A DNA stretch of 64,000 nucleotides from Bacillota bacterium (GCA_036504675.1 DASXUT010000035.1:7277-71276); one strand, 5' to 3'. Counted from the stretch's first letter, positions 27,373 through 36,737 are shown. The notes: generated from the letters alone by a model not told the origin. Program-made: numbers and translations.

Positions 27373-27966
27373 TTAGGACTTTGGCCGCCCGCCTTTGGGT
27401 CCGGGTCTCTTTCCACGAGCGCTCCCCGGGCGAGCACTCGGTCGAGGTCCGAAGGGGCCGGAGGGCCTCCCGGGGGGACGGCTGGCGGGTCGGCCGGGCG
27501 AGCGGCCCACGGGTCGACCGGCCGGGCCGCCGGAGGGTTGGCCAGGGGTACGACCGGGTGACCCAGGGGGTCCCGAGGGGCCTGTCCCGGCGGGCCGGCT
27601 GCTCAGCGAGGTGGCCGGGGCCGGGCGTGATCGGGGCACACGAGCCGAGCGGAGCGGGTTGAGCGGAAGCACACCGACGGGAGGGGGCCCGGATGGTCCG
27701 CGGACCGGAGGGACCTTCGTCCGGCGTGGCTTGGTCGGGGGCTTGACCAGGGTCGGCAGTGGGGGGGCGGTCCCAAGCGGGAAGTGGTCCTTGACCCCGT
27801 GCTCGAACTTGGCTCTGGGGATCATCACCCGGCGCCCACAGCCCACGCACTTGAGGCCGAAATCGATCCCCGTCCGGGTGATCTCCCAAAGGTCACTCCC
27901 GCAGGGGTGCTGCTTCTTCATCCGGACGGTATCACCGACCTGGTAGCGAACAAAGGCCTTGTTCAT
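27373..27966 (-). CDS. DUF951-family protein with a long Pro/Gly/Arg-rich disordered C-terminal tail
   Basis: The core MNKAFVRYQVGDTVRMKKQHPCGSDLWEITRTGIDFGLKCVGCGRRVMIPRAKFEHGVKD matches DUF951, normally about 65 aa. ATG at 27966 has an AGAGGGGAAG RBS. About 130 aa of P/G/R/S low-complexity tail follow in the same frame. There is a 4-bp start/stop overlap with the upstream mscS-like gene. Confidence 0.6.
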   Translation of the reverse strand: MNKAFVRYQVGDTVRMKKQHPCGSDLWEITRTGIDFGLKCVGCGRRVMIPRAKFEHGVKDHFPLGTAPPLPTLVKPPTKPRRTKVPPVRGPSGPPPVGVLPLNPLRSARVPRSRPAPATSLSSRPAGTGPSGPPGSPGRTPGQPSGGPAGRPVGRSPGRPASRPPGRPSGPFGPRPSARPGSARGKRPGPKGGRPKS

Positions 27967-28838
27967 TGGCTCTTCCCCTCTTCCGGGCGGCCTTGGCCAC
28001 CCTGACCCGGAGTTCCTGGACTTAGAAGGCCCGGGCTCGCTGGAGCGGTCATATTGATGCCGCGCGTGGCGAAGGTCCGGCGGACCGACAGTCGCAGCTC
28101 GCGCTCCACGCGCCACTGGGCGTTGGCGGATGTAGTGGCTTCGATTGTGTAGATGATGGCGCTCGGGCCGAAGGCCGTCAGTCCGAGCACCCCCGGGCCC
28201 GACTTGATTTCGGGGTTGCCCCCCTTGACCAGATCGACCGCCTCATTCAGGGCGGCCAGGACTCTCTCTGAGTCTTCACCGTAAGGGACAGGGACCTCGA
28301 TAGAGGCCCTCCTCTCTCCCCGGGTGAGATTGGTGACCTTGTCGACCAGTCCGTTTGGAATGGTGTGCACTTGCCCACCGGGGTCGCGCAGTCGTGTGGT
28401 CCTGAGGCCGATCTCTTCGACCGTCCCGGTCAGGCCGGCGGTCCTTATCACCTCACCCACCGCGAACTCGTCCTCGAAAAGGATGAAGAATCCGGCGATG
28501 AAGTCCTTGACGAGGTTCTGGGCTCCGAAGCCGACGGCCAGGCCGATGAAGCCGGATAGGGCCAAGACCGAGGCCACTGGGACGTTGAAGAGACCAAGAA
28601 CGGTCAAGAGGACGACGAAGTCAATGACGTAGCGAGAGACGCTCCTCAGGAGGGAGGCTAGGGTCCGCGCTCTTCTCTCATCGAGGTAGGCGCGACGGCG
28701 GCCCCGGTCGACGAGCAGGCGCCGGACCGAGAGGTTGCCCAGACGGATCAGGAGCCACCCGGCGGCGATGGCGATCACGGCCGCGAGCCCTCGCCGGAGG
28801 ATAAGTGACACTTCGGGGTGTTGGTTGAGGTAAGTCAA
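27963..28838 (-). CDS. mechanosensitive ion channel (MscS-family) protein
   Basis: TM3-like pore helix LSGFIGLAVGFGAQNLVKDFIAGFFILFEDEF followed by the MscS beta-domain. 291 aa. Confidence 0.8.
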   Translation of the reverse strand: MTYLNQHPEVSLILRRGLAAVIAIAAGWLLIRLGNLSVRRLLVDRGRRRAYLDERRARTLASLLRSVSRYVIDFVVLLTVLGLFNVPVASVLALSGFIGLAVGFGAQNLVKDFIAGFFILFEDEFAVGEVIRTAGLTGTVEEIGLRTTRLRDPGGQVHTIPNGLVDKVTNLTRGERRASIEVPVPYGEDSERVLAALNEAVDLVKGGNPEIKSGPGVLGLTAFGPSAIIYTIEATTSANAQWRVERELRLSVRRTFATRGINMTAPASPGLLSPGTPGQGGQGRPEEGKSQ

Positions 28839-28956
28839 TGGCGCTCGGGCCTTTCTCGGTGAAGTCGGGGTCCGCTGAGGCCGTCACGGGGCCCGGCGCA
28901 AGGGCCGGCCCGGGCGTGGTTCGCGAAGGGCCCGGCGGGGCCGCGTCCCCGGGTGG

Positions 28957-29688
28957 TCATGGACGGGCGGACCAGGGACCGATGGTCATGAAGACCTGCA
29001 GGAACCAGCCGGACAGGCGTGAGGTTGTAAGGGCTTCAATCCAAGGCGTGTAGCCCGCCAGTCCAAGGAAGGGGACGGCGAGTCCAAGGATGATGGCCAC
29101 GCCCAGACCGGCTAGACCCAGGCCGATCAATCCTCCGGCCAGGGCACTCAGGCCGTGGCCGGTGACCGCGGTCATGGCCCCGGCCAACAATGGGGTCAAC
29201 AACCGGAAGACGAGGGCGACGATGATCAGGATCAGGAGAAAGGCCAACCCCCGGACAAGCGCCGTGCCCACGGTCAGACTTAGGGCCTGGGCGGCGGTCT
29301 CCGGGCGGGCCGCACTGGCCAACCCAGAACCGGCGGCTACCGTTCCAGCCAAGCGGTCGAGGTACGTGACAAGTGACGTGGAGAATGGCTCGGGCAGTCG
29401 GAGCAGACCGACCAAGCGTTCGACGTGCTCCGGGGCCAGTGACGGCGCCCTTAGCCGGAGGAGTTCCGGGGTCAGAGCGAGCCGCCGGGAAAAGAAGGCG
29501 GCCAGCTTCCCCACGAGGTGAAACTGACCGTCCAGGAGCTGGGCCACCTGGGTGTGGTAGGCCGCGGCCACGGCGATCGAGGCCACAAAGGCCAGGGCCC
29601 CGACGAGCAACCGGGCCAATCCCTTGGCCGCCCCGAGAATGAAGCCGAGCAGCAGCACTATGAGGATGCCCGCGTCAATAGGGTTCAT
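28957..29688 (-). CDS. CvpA-family membrane protein
   Basis: The N-terminus MNPIDAGILIVLLLGFILGAAKGLARLL has the typical CvpA start. 243 aa polytopic membrane protein. Confidence 0.65.
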   Translation of the reverse strand: MNPIDAGILIVLLLGFILGAAKGLARLLVGALAFVASIAVAAAYHTQVAQLLDGQFHLVGKLAAFFSRRLALTPELLRLRAPSLAPEHVERLVGLLRLPEPFSTSLVTYLDRLAGTVAAGSGLASAARPETAAQALSLTVGTALVRGLAFLLILIIVALVFRLLTPLLAGAMTAVTGHGLSALAGGLIGLGLAGLGVAIILGLAVPFLGLAGYTPWIEALTTSRLSGWFLQVFMTIGPWSARP

Positions 29689-30085
29689 TCCGCGTCCCCC
29701 TGCGCTTGGGCGGTATGAAAAGGAACAGGATGTAGACCCCGATGGCGGGGACGGCTGGAGAGACCTCCGTCCCGGTCAGCCGAAGGCCCAGAGCGATGAC
29801 CCCCCAGGCGACCAGACCGAGTCCCAGGTAGGCCATGAGCTCACGAAGGAAATCTTCGTAGAAAACGATTTCCGCAAACCCGCTGAAGATGAGGTCCATC
29901 AAGTCCCCAAGCAGCTTGGCGGTCAAGAAGACGGCCAGGACGCGAAGGATTGAGGGGACTCTGGTCGGGGTGAGCAGGGCTGCCGCCAGCAGGACTCCCG
30001 CGGCGACAACGATGATGGACACTAGGCGGTGATGAGGGCGCACCGTTGGATCGACCTCTTTTCGTCGGGCGAACCGCGCCCACAA
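29675..30085 (-). CDS. small hypothetical membrane protein
   Basis: 136 aa with 3-4 hydrophobic segments. It overlaps the cvpA start by 14 bp. Start uncertain. Confidence 0.35.
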   Translation of the reverse strand: MWARFARRKEVDPTVRPHHRLVSIIVVAAGVLLAAALLTPTRVPSILRVLAVFLTAKLLGDLMDLIFSGFAEIVFYEDFLRELMAYLGLGLVAWGVIALGLRLTGTEVSPAVPAIGVYILFLFIPPKRRGTRNEPY

Positions 30086-30123
30086 TCAGCCGGGCGAGCC
30101 CCGGCGGGTGTCTTCTCGATGGG

Positions 30124-31317
30124 TCAGGGGTAAGGCGACAGGGGGTAAGCCGACACCCGGCCTCCGGCCAGCACCACTAGCTGGCCTTCGTTGGAGAGGA
30201 TGGTGACTTGCCTGGGCCGATCGGGGAAAGCGATGGTTCGTCTGGCCCGCCCGGCGTCATCCAGCCAGTATAGTCGGTCCTCGCCGAGGACGACCAACCC
30301 ACCGTCAGGGAGGACGGCCAGGTCGGTGGCTGGCCCGGCGAGTTGGCGCCTCCAGTTGACCTGGGCCTCCGGGGTAATCGACGTAACCAGTCCGTCCTGA
30401 TTGACGACACCAAGGGCGCCCTTGGCTCCGAAGGCCGCTCCTTGGGGAGCCTGGACGGTCATGACTCGAGTCGTCCCGGCCTTGGGGTCGATCAGCCAGA
30501 CATGACTGTTATCCAGGGCCGCCACGGGGCCATCGCCGCCCACGGCGAGTCGATAGAGGGGCTCCGAGCCGGTCTCGTATCTGCCCTGAACGGTTCCGTC
30601 GGGACTGACGATGGTCACCCACGCGCGGGGCTGGGGACCCGGGGAATAGGCCCCCACAGCGGCGGATCCGCCCGGGCCCTTCGCCATCGAGGTGACAACT
30701 CCTTCTGCCAAGTCCAGCCGCCAGCGGATGAGCCCGGCGGCGGTCACTGACAGGACCTGGCGTGGGGGTTCGCCGGGGTCCCGGGTGGCCGATATGAGCC
30801 CATCCCCGGTCCCTCCGAAAGAGACCTGAATTGCGGTGATCGGTGGGGCGCTGGGATCCCCGAGGGGTTGCCAAATGACGATCGCCCCCCGGATCAGACC
30901 GACGGCCGCCGGGTTGACCTTGACGGCGGTTGATCGCCCTTCGATGGAACCGCCAAAGGCAGCCTCGGGCACGGCCGCCTTTCGGACCTGAGCACCGGAA
31001 GCGTCGTAAGTGGTCAAGGTCGGGATGCCTTCGGGGCCAGGCGCAAAGACCGTGACCGCCTGGCCATCCCCGGTTATCATGGCGGTCGGTTCAACGGTTT
31101 GGGACCAGGTCGGCTCGATGGCCGCCGGTGGTGGAACCAGGCCGCGCCATGAGGGCAGGGCGAGGGGGTGTTGCAAAAGCGCCAGGAACGAGAAGAGAGA
31201 CAGGCAGAATAGGCCCGCCCAGAGCGCGCCCGGCGGCCTTGCGGGTCGTGGGCGGGGTCTGGCGCCGACCGCAGGGGGCACGCTTGTCCCTCCTCGTAAG
31301 ATGTTGTCCTGTATCAT
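30124..31317 (-). CDS. hypothetical secreted/anchored protein (possible beta-propeller repeats)
   Basis: 397 aa with an N-terminal signal-anchor (LWAGLFCLSLFSFLALL). It is Gly/Val/Ala-rich with repeated beta-strand-like periodicity. No specific family recognized. Confidence 0.45.
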   Translation of the reverse strand: MIQDNILRGGTSVPPAVGARPRPRPARPPGALWAGLFCLSLFSFLALLQHPLALPSWRGLVPPPAAIEPTWSQTVEPTAMITGDGQAVTVFAPGPEGIPTLTTYDASGAQVRKAAVPEAAFGGSIEGRSTAVKVNPAAVGLIRGAIVIWQPLGDPSAPPITAIQVSFGGTGDGLISATRDPGEPPRQVLSVTAAGLIRWRLDLAEGVVTSMAKGPGGSAAVGAYSPGPQPRAWVTIVSPDGTVQGRYETGSEPLYRLAVGGDGPVAALDNSHVWLIDPKAGTTRVMTVQAPQGAAFGAKGALGVVNQDGLVTSITPEAQVNWRRQLAGPATDLAVLPDGGLVVLGEDRLYWLDDAGRARRTIAFPDRPRQVTILSNEGQLVVLAGGRVSAYPLSPYP

Positions 31318-31332
31318 GTACTCTCTTGGGCC

Positions 31333-32383
31333 TCATCTTCCTGCTTTTATTCTTCTTATCGTGGTGGCAGCTAGAACCAGAAGGGCACCGGCCCCGGCGA
31401 TGGGGTAGAGAAGACCGATGGCGCCGGAGAAGCCCAGCCGAGTCAGGGGGAAACAGACCAGGACCACCAAGATCGCCACCCGGTTGACTGGCCAGGGGCG
31501 ATTCTTGGCCAACCGGGTACCAAGACCGTAGGCGTTGGCCGTCCCGGACATCACCATGGCCAGCCAGATGCCAATTGAAACGAGGGCCTCTCGGCCCGGC
31601 CACCGTTGGGCGACGGCATAGGCGGTGGGAATCTCCACGCCGGAGATCGCCGGCCAAAGGCTCAGGCTCAAGACGGTCGTGGCCAAGGCACAGGCGCCAA
31701 GGGCGAGACCTCCGACCACCGCGGCCAGGGCGGCTTCCCTTGGACTCTTGGTCCCTCTGGTCGCCGGCGGCAGGATGGAGAGCCCGACGACCAAATTGTA
31801 GCCGGCGTAGAACAACCCCATGAGCCACCACGGCGGGCTTAGTCGGATCGGGGCGGCCAGGAAAGAGGGTCGCCTGCCCGGGGGCCCGGGACGTCACGGT
31901 GGCGACCGCCAGGGCAACCTGACCGAAGAGGAGGCATGGCACAAGAACCCCGTTGAACCGGAGCAGGCCTCGGAGATCGGAAGCGAGGACCAGCACAATG
32001 GCCGCAGCGGTGCAGCCGGCACCGGCAGGATAGGCCCAGTTAAGCTGCTGTTTTGCCAGGGCCCCACCGCCGGCCAGCATGACCACCAGGGCGCTGGCCA
32101 GAGTCAGGGTGATGAGGGCGCTAATGGCTTTTCCTAACCGAGGCCCGCCCAGATGGGCGGCCAATTCGCGGTAGTCGAAAAGGCGCTCACTCGCGGCCAG
32201 GTAGGCGACGAGGCCGCCCAGGCCGGCAAAGACCACGGCGGCCAGGGTGGCGCCGAAGATTCCGCGCCCGCCGTAAACCGCGAAAAACTGGATTACTTCC
32301 CGCCCGGACACGAAACCGGCCCCGATAACGGCGCCCGTGTAGGCCACGGCGACCAGAAAGACTCGTGAGAGCCCACTGAGCAC
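31333..32383 (-). pseudogene. YkvI-family membrane protein gene split by a frameshift (pseudogene or sequencing error)
   Basis: ORF 31091..32383 has a real YkvI-like N-terminus (LVAVAYTGAVIGAGFVSGREVIQFFAVYGG...) for about 165 aa. It then becomes Arg-rich junk. ORF 31333..31821 is in another frame but continues as a plausible membrane protein (PSFLAAPIRLSPPWWLMGLFYAGYNLVVGLSIL...). The frame change maps to the homopolymeric tract gtcccgggcccccgggcagg at about 31872-31890. Confidence 0.5.
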
Positions 32384-32443
32384 GGGTGGTATCCTCTCCG
32401 GGGCGCGGTGGCGAGGCCCCGGTAAGGCTTATGTCGGCTGGAC

Positions 32444-32471
32444 GAATATCTTTCCGGGCCTTCCCATATAC
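32444..32471 (+). promoter_or_regulatory. candidate forespore-type (sigma-F/G-like) promoter upstream of yyaC
   Basis: GAATA is followed by 16 nt and then CATATAC. This resembles the gnATA-17/18-CATAnTA consensus and sits about 35 nt upstream of the yyaC TTG start. Confidence 0.3.
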
Positions 32472-32504
32472 TTCTTACCAGCACTTGAGCTGGGGGGAAG
32501 GCGT

Positions 32505-33146
32505 TTGCTCGACCTTCGATACAGGGATCGTGCCCGACCGGAGCGGACCCAGGAGCACCGGGTCGATTCAACCGATCCGGTGGCCGTCGAGCGAGTGGCC
32601 TTCTTTCTGCGGGGCCTGTTGGCCGAACAGTTCCCTGGGGCCAGAGGATTTGTCGTCTTATGCATTGGAACCGACCGATCGACGGGGGATTGTCTCGGGC
32701 CGCTGATTGGCACGGAGTTGGCCGGGGTCGGGATCCCCGAGGTGACGGTCTGGGGAACCCTGGACCACCCGGTCCATGCCTCGAACCTCAACCAAACCCT
32801 GCGGCAGGTCGACCAGTTCAACGGGGATAGGCCGCTGATCGCCATCGACGCCTGTCTCGGCAGTCTCGACAGCGTCGGGATGATCGCCCTGGGGGTGGGT
32901 CCCCTGCGACCAGGCGCAGGGGTGAACAAGGCTCTTCCCGAGGTTGGAAATCTATACGTCACCGGTGTCGTCAACGTGGGCGGCTTCATGGAGTACTTTG
33001 TGCTCCAGAACACCCGTCTTAACCTGGTCTTCAAGATGGCCAGGGTGATTGCGGCCGGGCTCGCCACCGGCCTGACGGCCGCTATCCCGCTTGCCGCCGC
33101 ACCGGCGGAGAGCTGGGCTGGGGAGAATTCAGCCAGACATCAGTAG
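32505..33146 (+). CDS. yyaC: spore protease YyaC (DUF1256)
   Basis: 213 aa with the motif VVLCIGTDRSTGDCLGPLIGTELAGVGIPEVTVWGTLDHPVHASNL...LIAIDACLG, characteristic of YyaC. The origin-proximal position matches Bacillus. Confidence 0.8.
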   Translation: MLDLRYRDRARPERTQEHRVDSTDPVAVERVAFFLRGLLAEQFPGARGFVVLCIGTDRSTGDCLGPLIGTELAGVGIPEVTVWGTLDHPVHASNLNQTLRQVDQFNGDRPLIAIDACLGSLDSVGMIALGVGPLRPGAGVNKALPEVGNLYVTGVVNVGGFMEYFVLQNTRLNLVFKMARVIAAGLATGLTAAIPLAAAPAESWAGENSARHQ

Positions 33147-33223
33147 AGCCAGGTCCCCGGGGGGCCTGGCTCTTTCGTCGCTTCATGCTGAATCAGGTAA
33201 CGGCCGTCTGGCCGGTTGTGGCC

Positions 33224-33478
33224 CTAGCTCTGGCGACCGATCTTCTCGATGACAGAACGGACGATTTCCTCGGCGGTCCTGCCCTCAGCGTTAATCACGG
33301 GGCCCGGGACGACGATGTCCTGCCGGCCGAGGAAGTTGTCGTCGGTGCCGCTGACGACAACCGCTTGGGCGCGGGTCAGGTCACCCTCGGTGTCGATGAC
33401 CTCATACCCTTGCCTCCTGAGGACCTCGGCGACGGGGGTCAGGGTCCCTTCCACCGCCACCACGCCCTTCATGGGCAC
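33224..33478 (-). CDS. UPF0180 (YkuS-like) small protein
   Basis: The 84-aa sequence EGTLTPVAEVLRRQGYEVIDTEGDLTRAQAVVVSGTDDNFLGRQDIV follows the YkuS pattern (GYEVV...CDCCVVTGQDSN). Confidence 0.65.
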   Translation of the reverse strand: MPMKGVVAVEGTLTPVAEVLRRQGYEVIDTEGDLTRAQAVVVSGTDDNFLGRQDIVVPGPVINAEGRTAEEIVRSVIEKIGRQS

Positions 33479-33488
33479 ACCCCCTAGT

Positions 33489-34172
33489 CTACGTCCTTAA
33501 CTCGGGGTTAGGGTGTCCGGTCACGGGAACGCCTATGCCCGTCTCCAGGAGGTCGATCACCTCGGCGTCAGTCGTCTGGCCGAAGTCCCGGTAGAACTGG
33601 CCGACGGCATAGAAAGGCTCCGGGGTGGAGACGACCACCACCTTGTCGGCCTCTTCACGGAGCTTCAGGAGGACGTCTGGAGAAGCCACCGGCACCGCCA
33701 GGACGAGTCGCCGGGGCCTCTGGCGCCGAAGGTAACGGAGGGCGGCCAGGACGGTATAGCCCGTCGCCACGCCGTCATCGATCAGAATGACCACCCGGTC
33801 GGCTACCTCACGCGGTGGCTTGTTGCCCCGGTATAGCTGCGACCGCCGCTTGATCTCCTCGATCTCCCGGGCGGCCTCCCGCCGCAGGTATTCTTCGGTG
33901 ACTCCGAGATAGGCGACCAACGTGTCATCGATGTAGAGAGTCCCGTCCTCGGCCACGGCTCCGATGGCCAATTCCTCATTGTGCGGCGCGGCTACTTTGC
34001 GGGGGACGACGACGTCCAAGGGCGCGGCCAGACGCCGGGCCACCGGCGCCGCAACGGCTACGCCACCCCGGGGAATGCCCAAGACCAGGGCCTCTTCCCC
34101 GGCAAAACCGAGCAGTCTTTGAGCGAGGCACTCGCCAGCTTCTCGGCGGTCGGCGAAAAGCGTACCGATCAC
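33489..34172 (-). CDS. phosphoribosyltransferase-domain protein (COG1926-type predicted PRTase)
   Basis: The N-terminus FADRREAGECLAQRL and PRPP-binding loop VVILIDDGVATGYTVLAAL are present. GTG at 34172 is preferred over the TTG track start at 34226. Confidence 0.7.
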   Translation of the reverse strand: MIGTLFADRREAGECLAQRLLGFAGEEALVLGIPRGGVAVAAPVARRLAAPLDVVVPRKVAAPHNEELAIGAVAEDGTLYIDDTLVAYLGVTEEYLRREAAREIEEIKRRSQLYRGNKPPREVADRVVILIDDGVATGYTVLAALRYLRRQRPRRLVLAVPVASPDVLLKLREEADKVVVVSTPEPFYAVGQFYRDFGQTTDAEVIDLLETGIGVPVTGHPNPELRT

Positions 34173-34226
34173 CTCTTCCTGCCTGACAATGGGGCAGTGG
34201 CGGCCGCGAGGCGCGGCCGATCTCAA

Positions 34227-35141
34227 TCACGTTTGGGAGCCGGCGACGTACAAGGCTTTGGGGATCAACTCGAAGGTCGCCGGGGTCCGGCCGATGACCT
34301 CTCCGTCGGCCTGAATCCACAAGGGAAGGGCGGATTCGACGTGCACACGTCTGACCCGGTAGGTCTTAACCTTGGGATGCGTTACATGGGTCCCGGAGAA
34401 CACCCGGGGCAAGACGGCGAGGGTCTCGAGACGACCAAAGTCACCCCCCACGACTACGTCGAAGAGGCCGTCGTCGGGGATGGCTTCCGGGCAGATTTTC
34501 AGCCCGCCGCCGTAGTACTTTCCGTTGCCGACCGAGACCAATAAGCAGCGTTGCTCGATGGTTTGTTCGTCTAGGGTGACCTTAATGGGTACGGGAGTGA
34601 ATCTGGGTAAGACTCGGAGAATCCCCAGGAGATAGGCGGCCACCCCGGTTGCGCGTATCCGGGTATTCACCTCGCCGGACACCTCAGCGTCGAACCCGAC
34701 GCCAGCCACGTTTACATAGTAACGATCGTTGACCTTGCCCAGGTCTATGCACCTGACCGGCAGGCGCTCGATGGCCTGCCAGGCATCGATGGGCCGTCTT
34801 GGAAGGTTTATTGACTTGGCGAAGTCGTTTCCCGTGCCAGCCGGGATGACCCCGAGGGTGACCCTCGAACCGGCGAGCCCGTTGACGGTCTCATGGACGG
34901 TGCCGTCGCCTCCGAGGGCGACCACCCGCTCGAAGCCGTCAGTGACGGCCCTCCTGGCGATCTCCGTGGCGTGGCCTGGCCGTTGCGTCACCGTCCAATC
35001 GTATTCGCCGGTATCCCTGGGCAGTACCGTGCGGATTTCCTCCCAGACGCCGGCGGACCGACCGTGGGCGGCCACTAGGTTGACAATCACCAATGTTCTC
35101 AAGGCGCGTCGGTCCTCCCTAGTCTCTTCACGGGTGAACAA
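34227..35141 (-). CDS. diacylglycerol kinase catalytic-domain lipid kinase (YegS/DagK/BmrU family)
   Basis: Carries the motifs LVIVNLVAAHGRS, VALGGDGTVHETVNGL, and GVIPAGTGNDFAKS. Confidence 0.8.
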   Translation of the reverse strand: MFTREETREDRRALRTLVIVNLVAAHGRSAGVWEEIRTVLPRDTGEYDWTVTQRPGHATEIARRAVTDGFERVVALGGDGTVHETVNGLAGSRVTLGVIPAGTGNDFAKSINLPRRPIDAWQAIERLPVRCIDLGKVNDRYYVNVAGVGFDAEVSGEVNTRIRATGVAAYLLGILRVLPRFTPVPIKVTLDEQTIEQRCLLVSVGNGKYYGGGLKICPEAIPDDGLFDVVVGGDFGRLETLAVLPRVFSGTHVTHPKVKTYRVRRVHVESALPLWIQADGEVIGRTPATFELIPKALYVAGSQT

Positions 35142-35186
35142 AAGTAACCCAACCTACCGGTTGGGTCAAGACCACGACCGCCAGCC

Positions 35187-35588
35187 CTAGACCGGTGACG
35201 GCTTGGGCTTGAGCGCCGGTTTCTCCTCGCCCGTCTTCATCTCGCTGGTGCCGCGGAAGATGGCCCCTTCCCCGATGATAAGGCCAGCTACCTTGATGTC
35301 CCCGTAGAGGCGACCGGTGGGAACCAGCTCGAGCTTCCCTTCGGCTTCGACGTTCCCCTTGACTTGGCCGGCAATGCTTATGTGGCGGGCGTGAATGACC
35401 GTCGCGACTACCATGCCGGTCTCTCCGACAATGAGATCGCCCTTGTGGTGGATCTCGCCCTCCACCTTGCCGTCGATCCTGAGCACTCCGCTGGAGTTCA
35501 AAACCCCTTTGAACTCTGTTTCCTTGCCGACGATGGTGTCAATTTTCTCCATGGCAATACCATCCCGCCCATCCTTTTTCCCGAACAT
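35187..35588 (-). CDS. bactofilin (CcmA-like polymer-forming cytoskeletal protein)
   Basis: 133 aa with a beta-helical bactofilin repeat (TEFKGVLNSSGVLRIDGKVEGEIHHKGDLIVGETGMV...GQVKGNVEAEGKLELVPTGRLYGDIKVAGLII) and a Pro/Lys tail. Confidence 0.8.
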   Translation of the reverse strand: MFGKKDGRDGIAMEKIDTIVGKETEFKGVLNSSGVLRIDGKVEGEIHHKGDLIVGETGMVVATVIHARHISIAGQVKGNVEAEGKLELVPTGRLYGDIKVAGLIIGEGAIFRGTSEMKTGEEKPALKPKPSPV

Positions 35589-35654
35589 CTTTGCCTCCCG
35601 TTTTCGTGCCCGTCCGTGGGCCCGGGCGGAGTCAAGGGCGCCCCCCTGGCGTCC

Positions 35655-36647
35655 CTACTGGATATAGGTCCGTGGGTTGACCGGCTTGCCGTTGATCCAC
35701 ACCTCGTAGTGCAGGTGGGGCCCCGTGCTTCGTCCGGAGCTACCGACGTAGGCAATGGTCTGCCCCTTGGTGATTCGATCACCCACGTTCACGACGATTT
35801 TTTGGGTGTGTCCGTACATGGTGCTGAAGCCATAGCCATGGTCGATGACCACGGCTCGCCCGAAGGCCCCCCTCCAACCGGCGAAGACGACCTTTCCATC
35901 GCCCGTGGCGATGATCGGGGTGCCGTAGGCCGCAGCGATGTCCAGCCCCGAGTGGTACTCAGTGCCGAAACCAAGGGGCGAGGAACGAAAACCGAAGCCA
36001 GAGGTAATCGACCCGTTGGTCGGGAATACCGACGGCCTGGCCGCTTGGTACAACTGGTTCTCGGTCAATTGCTTGCGGAGGTCCTCGAAACTCACCTGCC
36101 GGTTGGTCATGTCGGTGCGAACTGTGTCGAGGTCGGTCTGGAGGCCGGCCGCCCGGCTCAATAGGTCTCGACTGACCTGAGCTCCGCGGTCATCGCCGGG
36201 GAGGATGGAGGCAGTGGTGTAATCGGCTCCCCCTTGCCCGCCCCCGACCGTCGGCGTTTCCACTGTGCTTGGCTGGTACGGAGTTGAGAGTTGAACCCGG
36301 CTGAAGTCCCGACTGGTCTTGAGGATCTCGCGGATCTGCCGGTCAAGCTCGGACAGACTCTGCATGTTCGCTTTCAGCTGGTCGGTCTCGGTCATCAGGG
36401 CCTCCAGCTGCTGGCGCTGCTCCCGGTTGACCAGTCGAACCTGTCTCAACTCGGACATGTTGGCCTTCATGTCCTGATAGACGTTGGCGAAGATGAGCAA
36501 CGACAAGCTGAGGACAATGAGAATGAAACTGGCTACCTGGAGGGTGGTCAGGTGGATGCTGAAGCTGTAGACAGACCGCTCTGAATGGGGAACAATCATG
36601 ATGGTAAAAAGTTTCCGGCCGCCTTTTGCGGTCAAGCTTCTCACCAC
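35655..36647 (-). CDS. M23-family metallopeptidase (LytM domain) with N-terminal TM anchor and coiled-coil
   Basis: The C-terminus carries HSGLDIAAAYGTPIIATGDGKVVFAG...GHTQKI...GSSGRSTGPHLHYEV. A membrane anchor and long coiled coil lie upstream. The start is uncertain: GTG at 36647, TTG at 36632 or ATG at 36599. Confidence 0.8.
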   Translation of the reverse strand: MVRSLTAKGGRKLFTIMIVPHSERSVYSFSIHLTTLQVASFILIVLSLSLLIFANVYQDMKANMSELRQVRLVNREQRQQLEALMTETDQLKANMQSLSELDRQIREILKTSRDFSRVQLSTPYQPSTVETPTVGGGQGGADYTTASILPGDDRGAQVSRDLLSRAAGLQTDLDTVRTDMTNRQVSFEDLRKQLTENQLYQAARPSVFPTNGSITSGFGFRSSPLGFGTEYHSGLDIAAAYGTPIIATGDGKVVFAGWRGAFGRAVVIDHGYGFSTMYGHTQKIVVNVGDRITKGQTIAYVGSSGRSTGPHLHYEVWINGKPVNPRTYIQ

Positions 36648-36737
36648 CCCCAGGGTTTAATCGGTCCATCCGGTAAAAAAAGAGTTTCGGCGGCCTACTG
36701 CCAATTCCTGCTTAATATGGGCTGATTTCCGCTCGTC

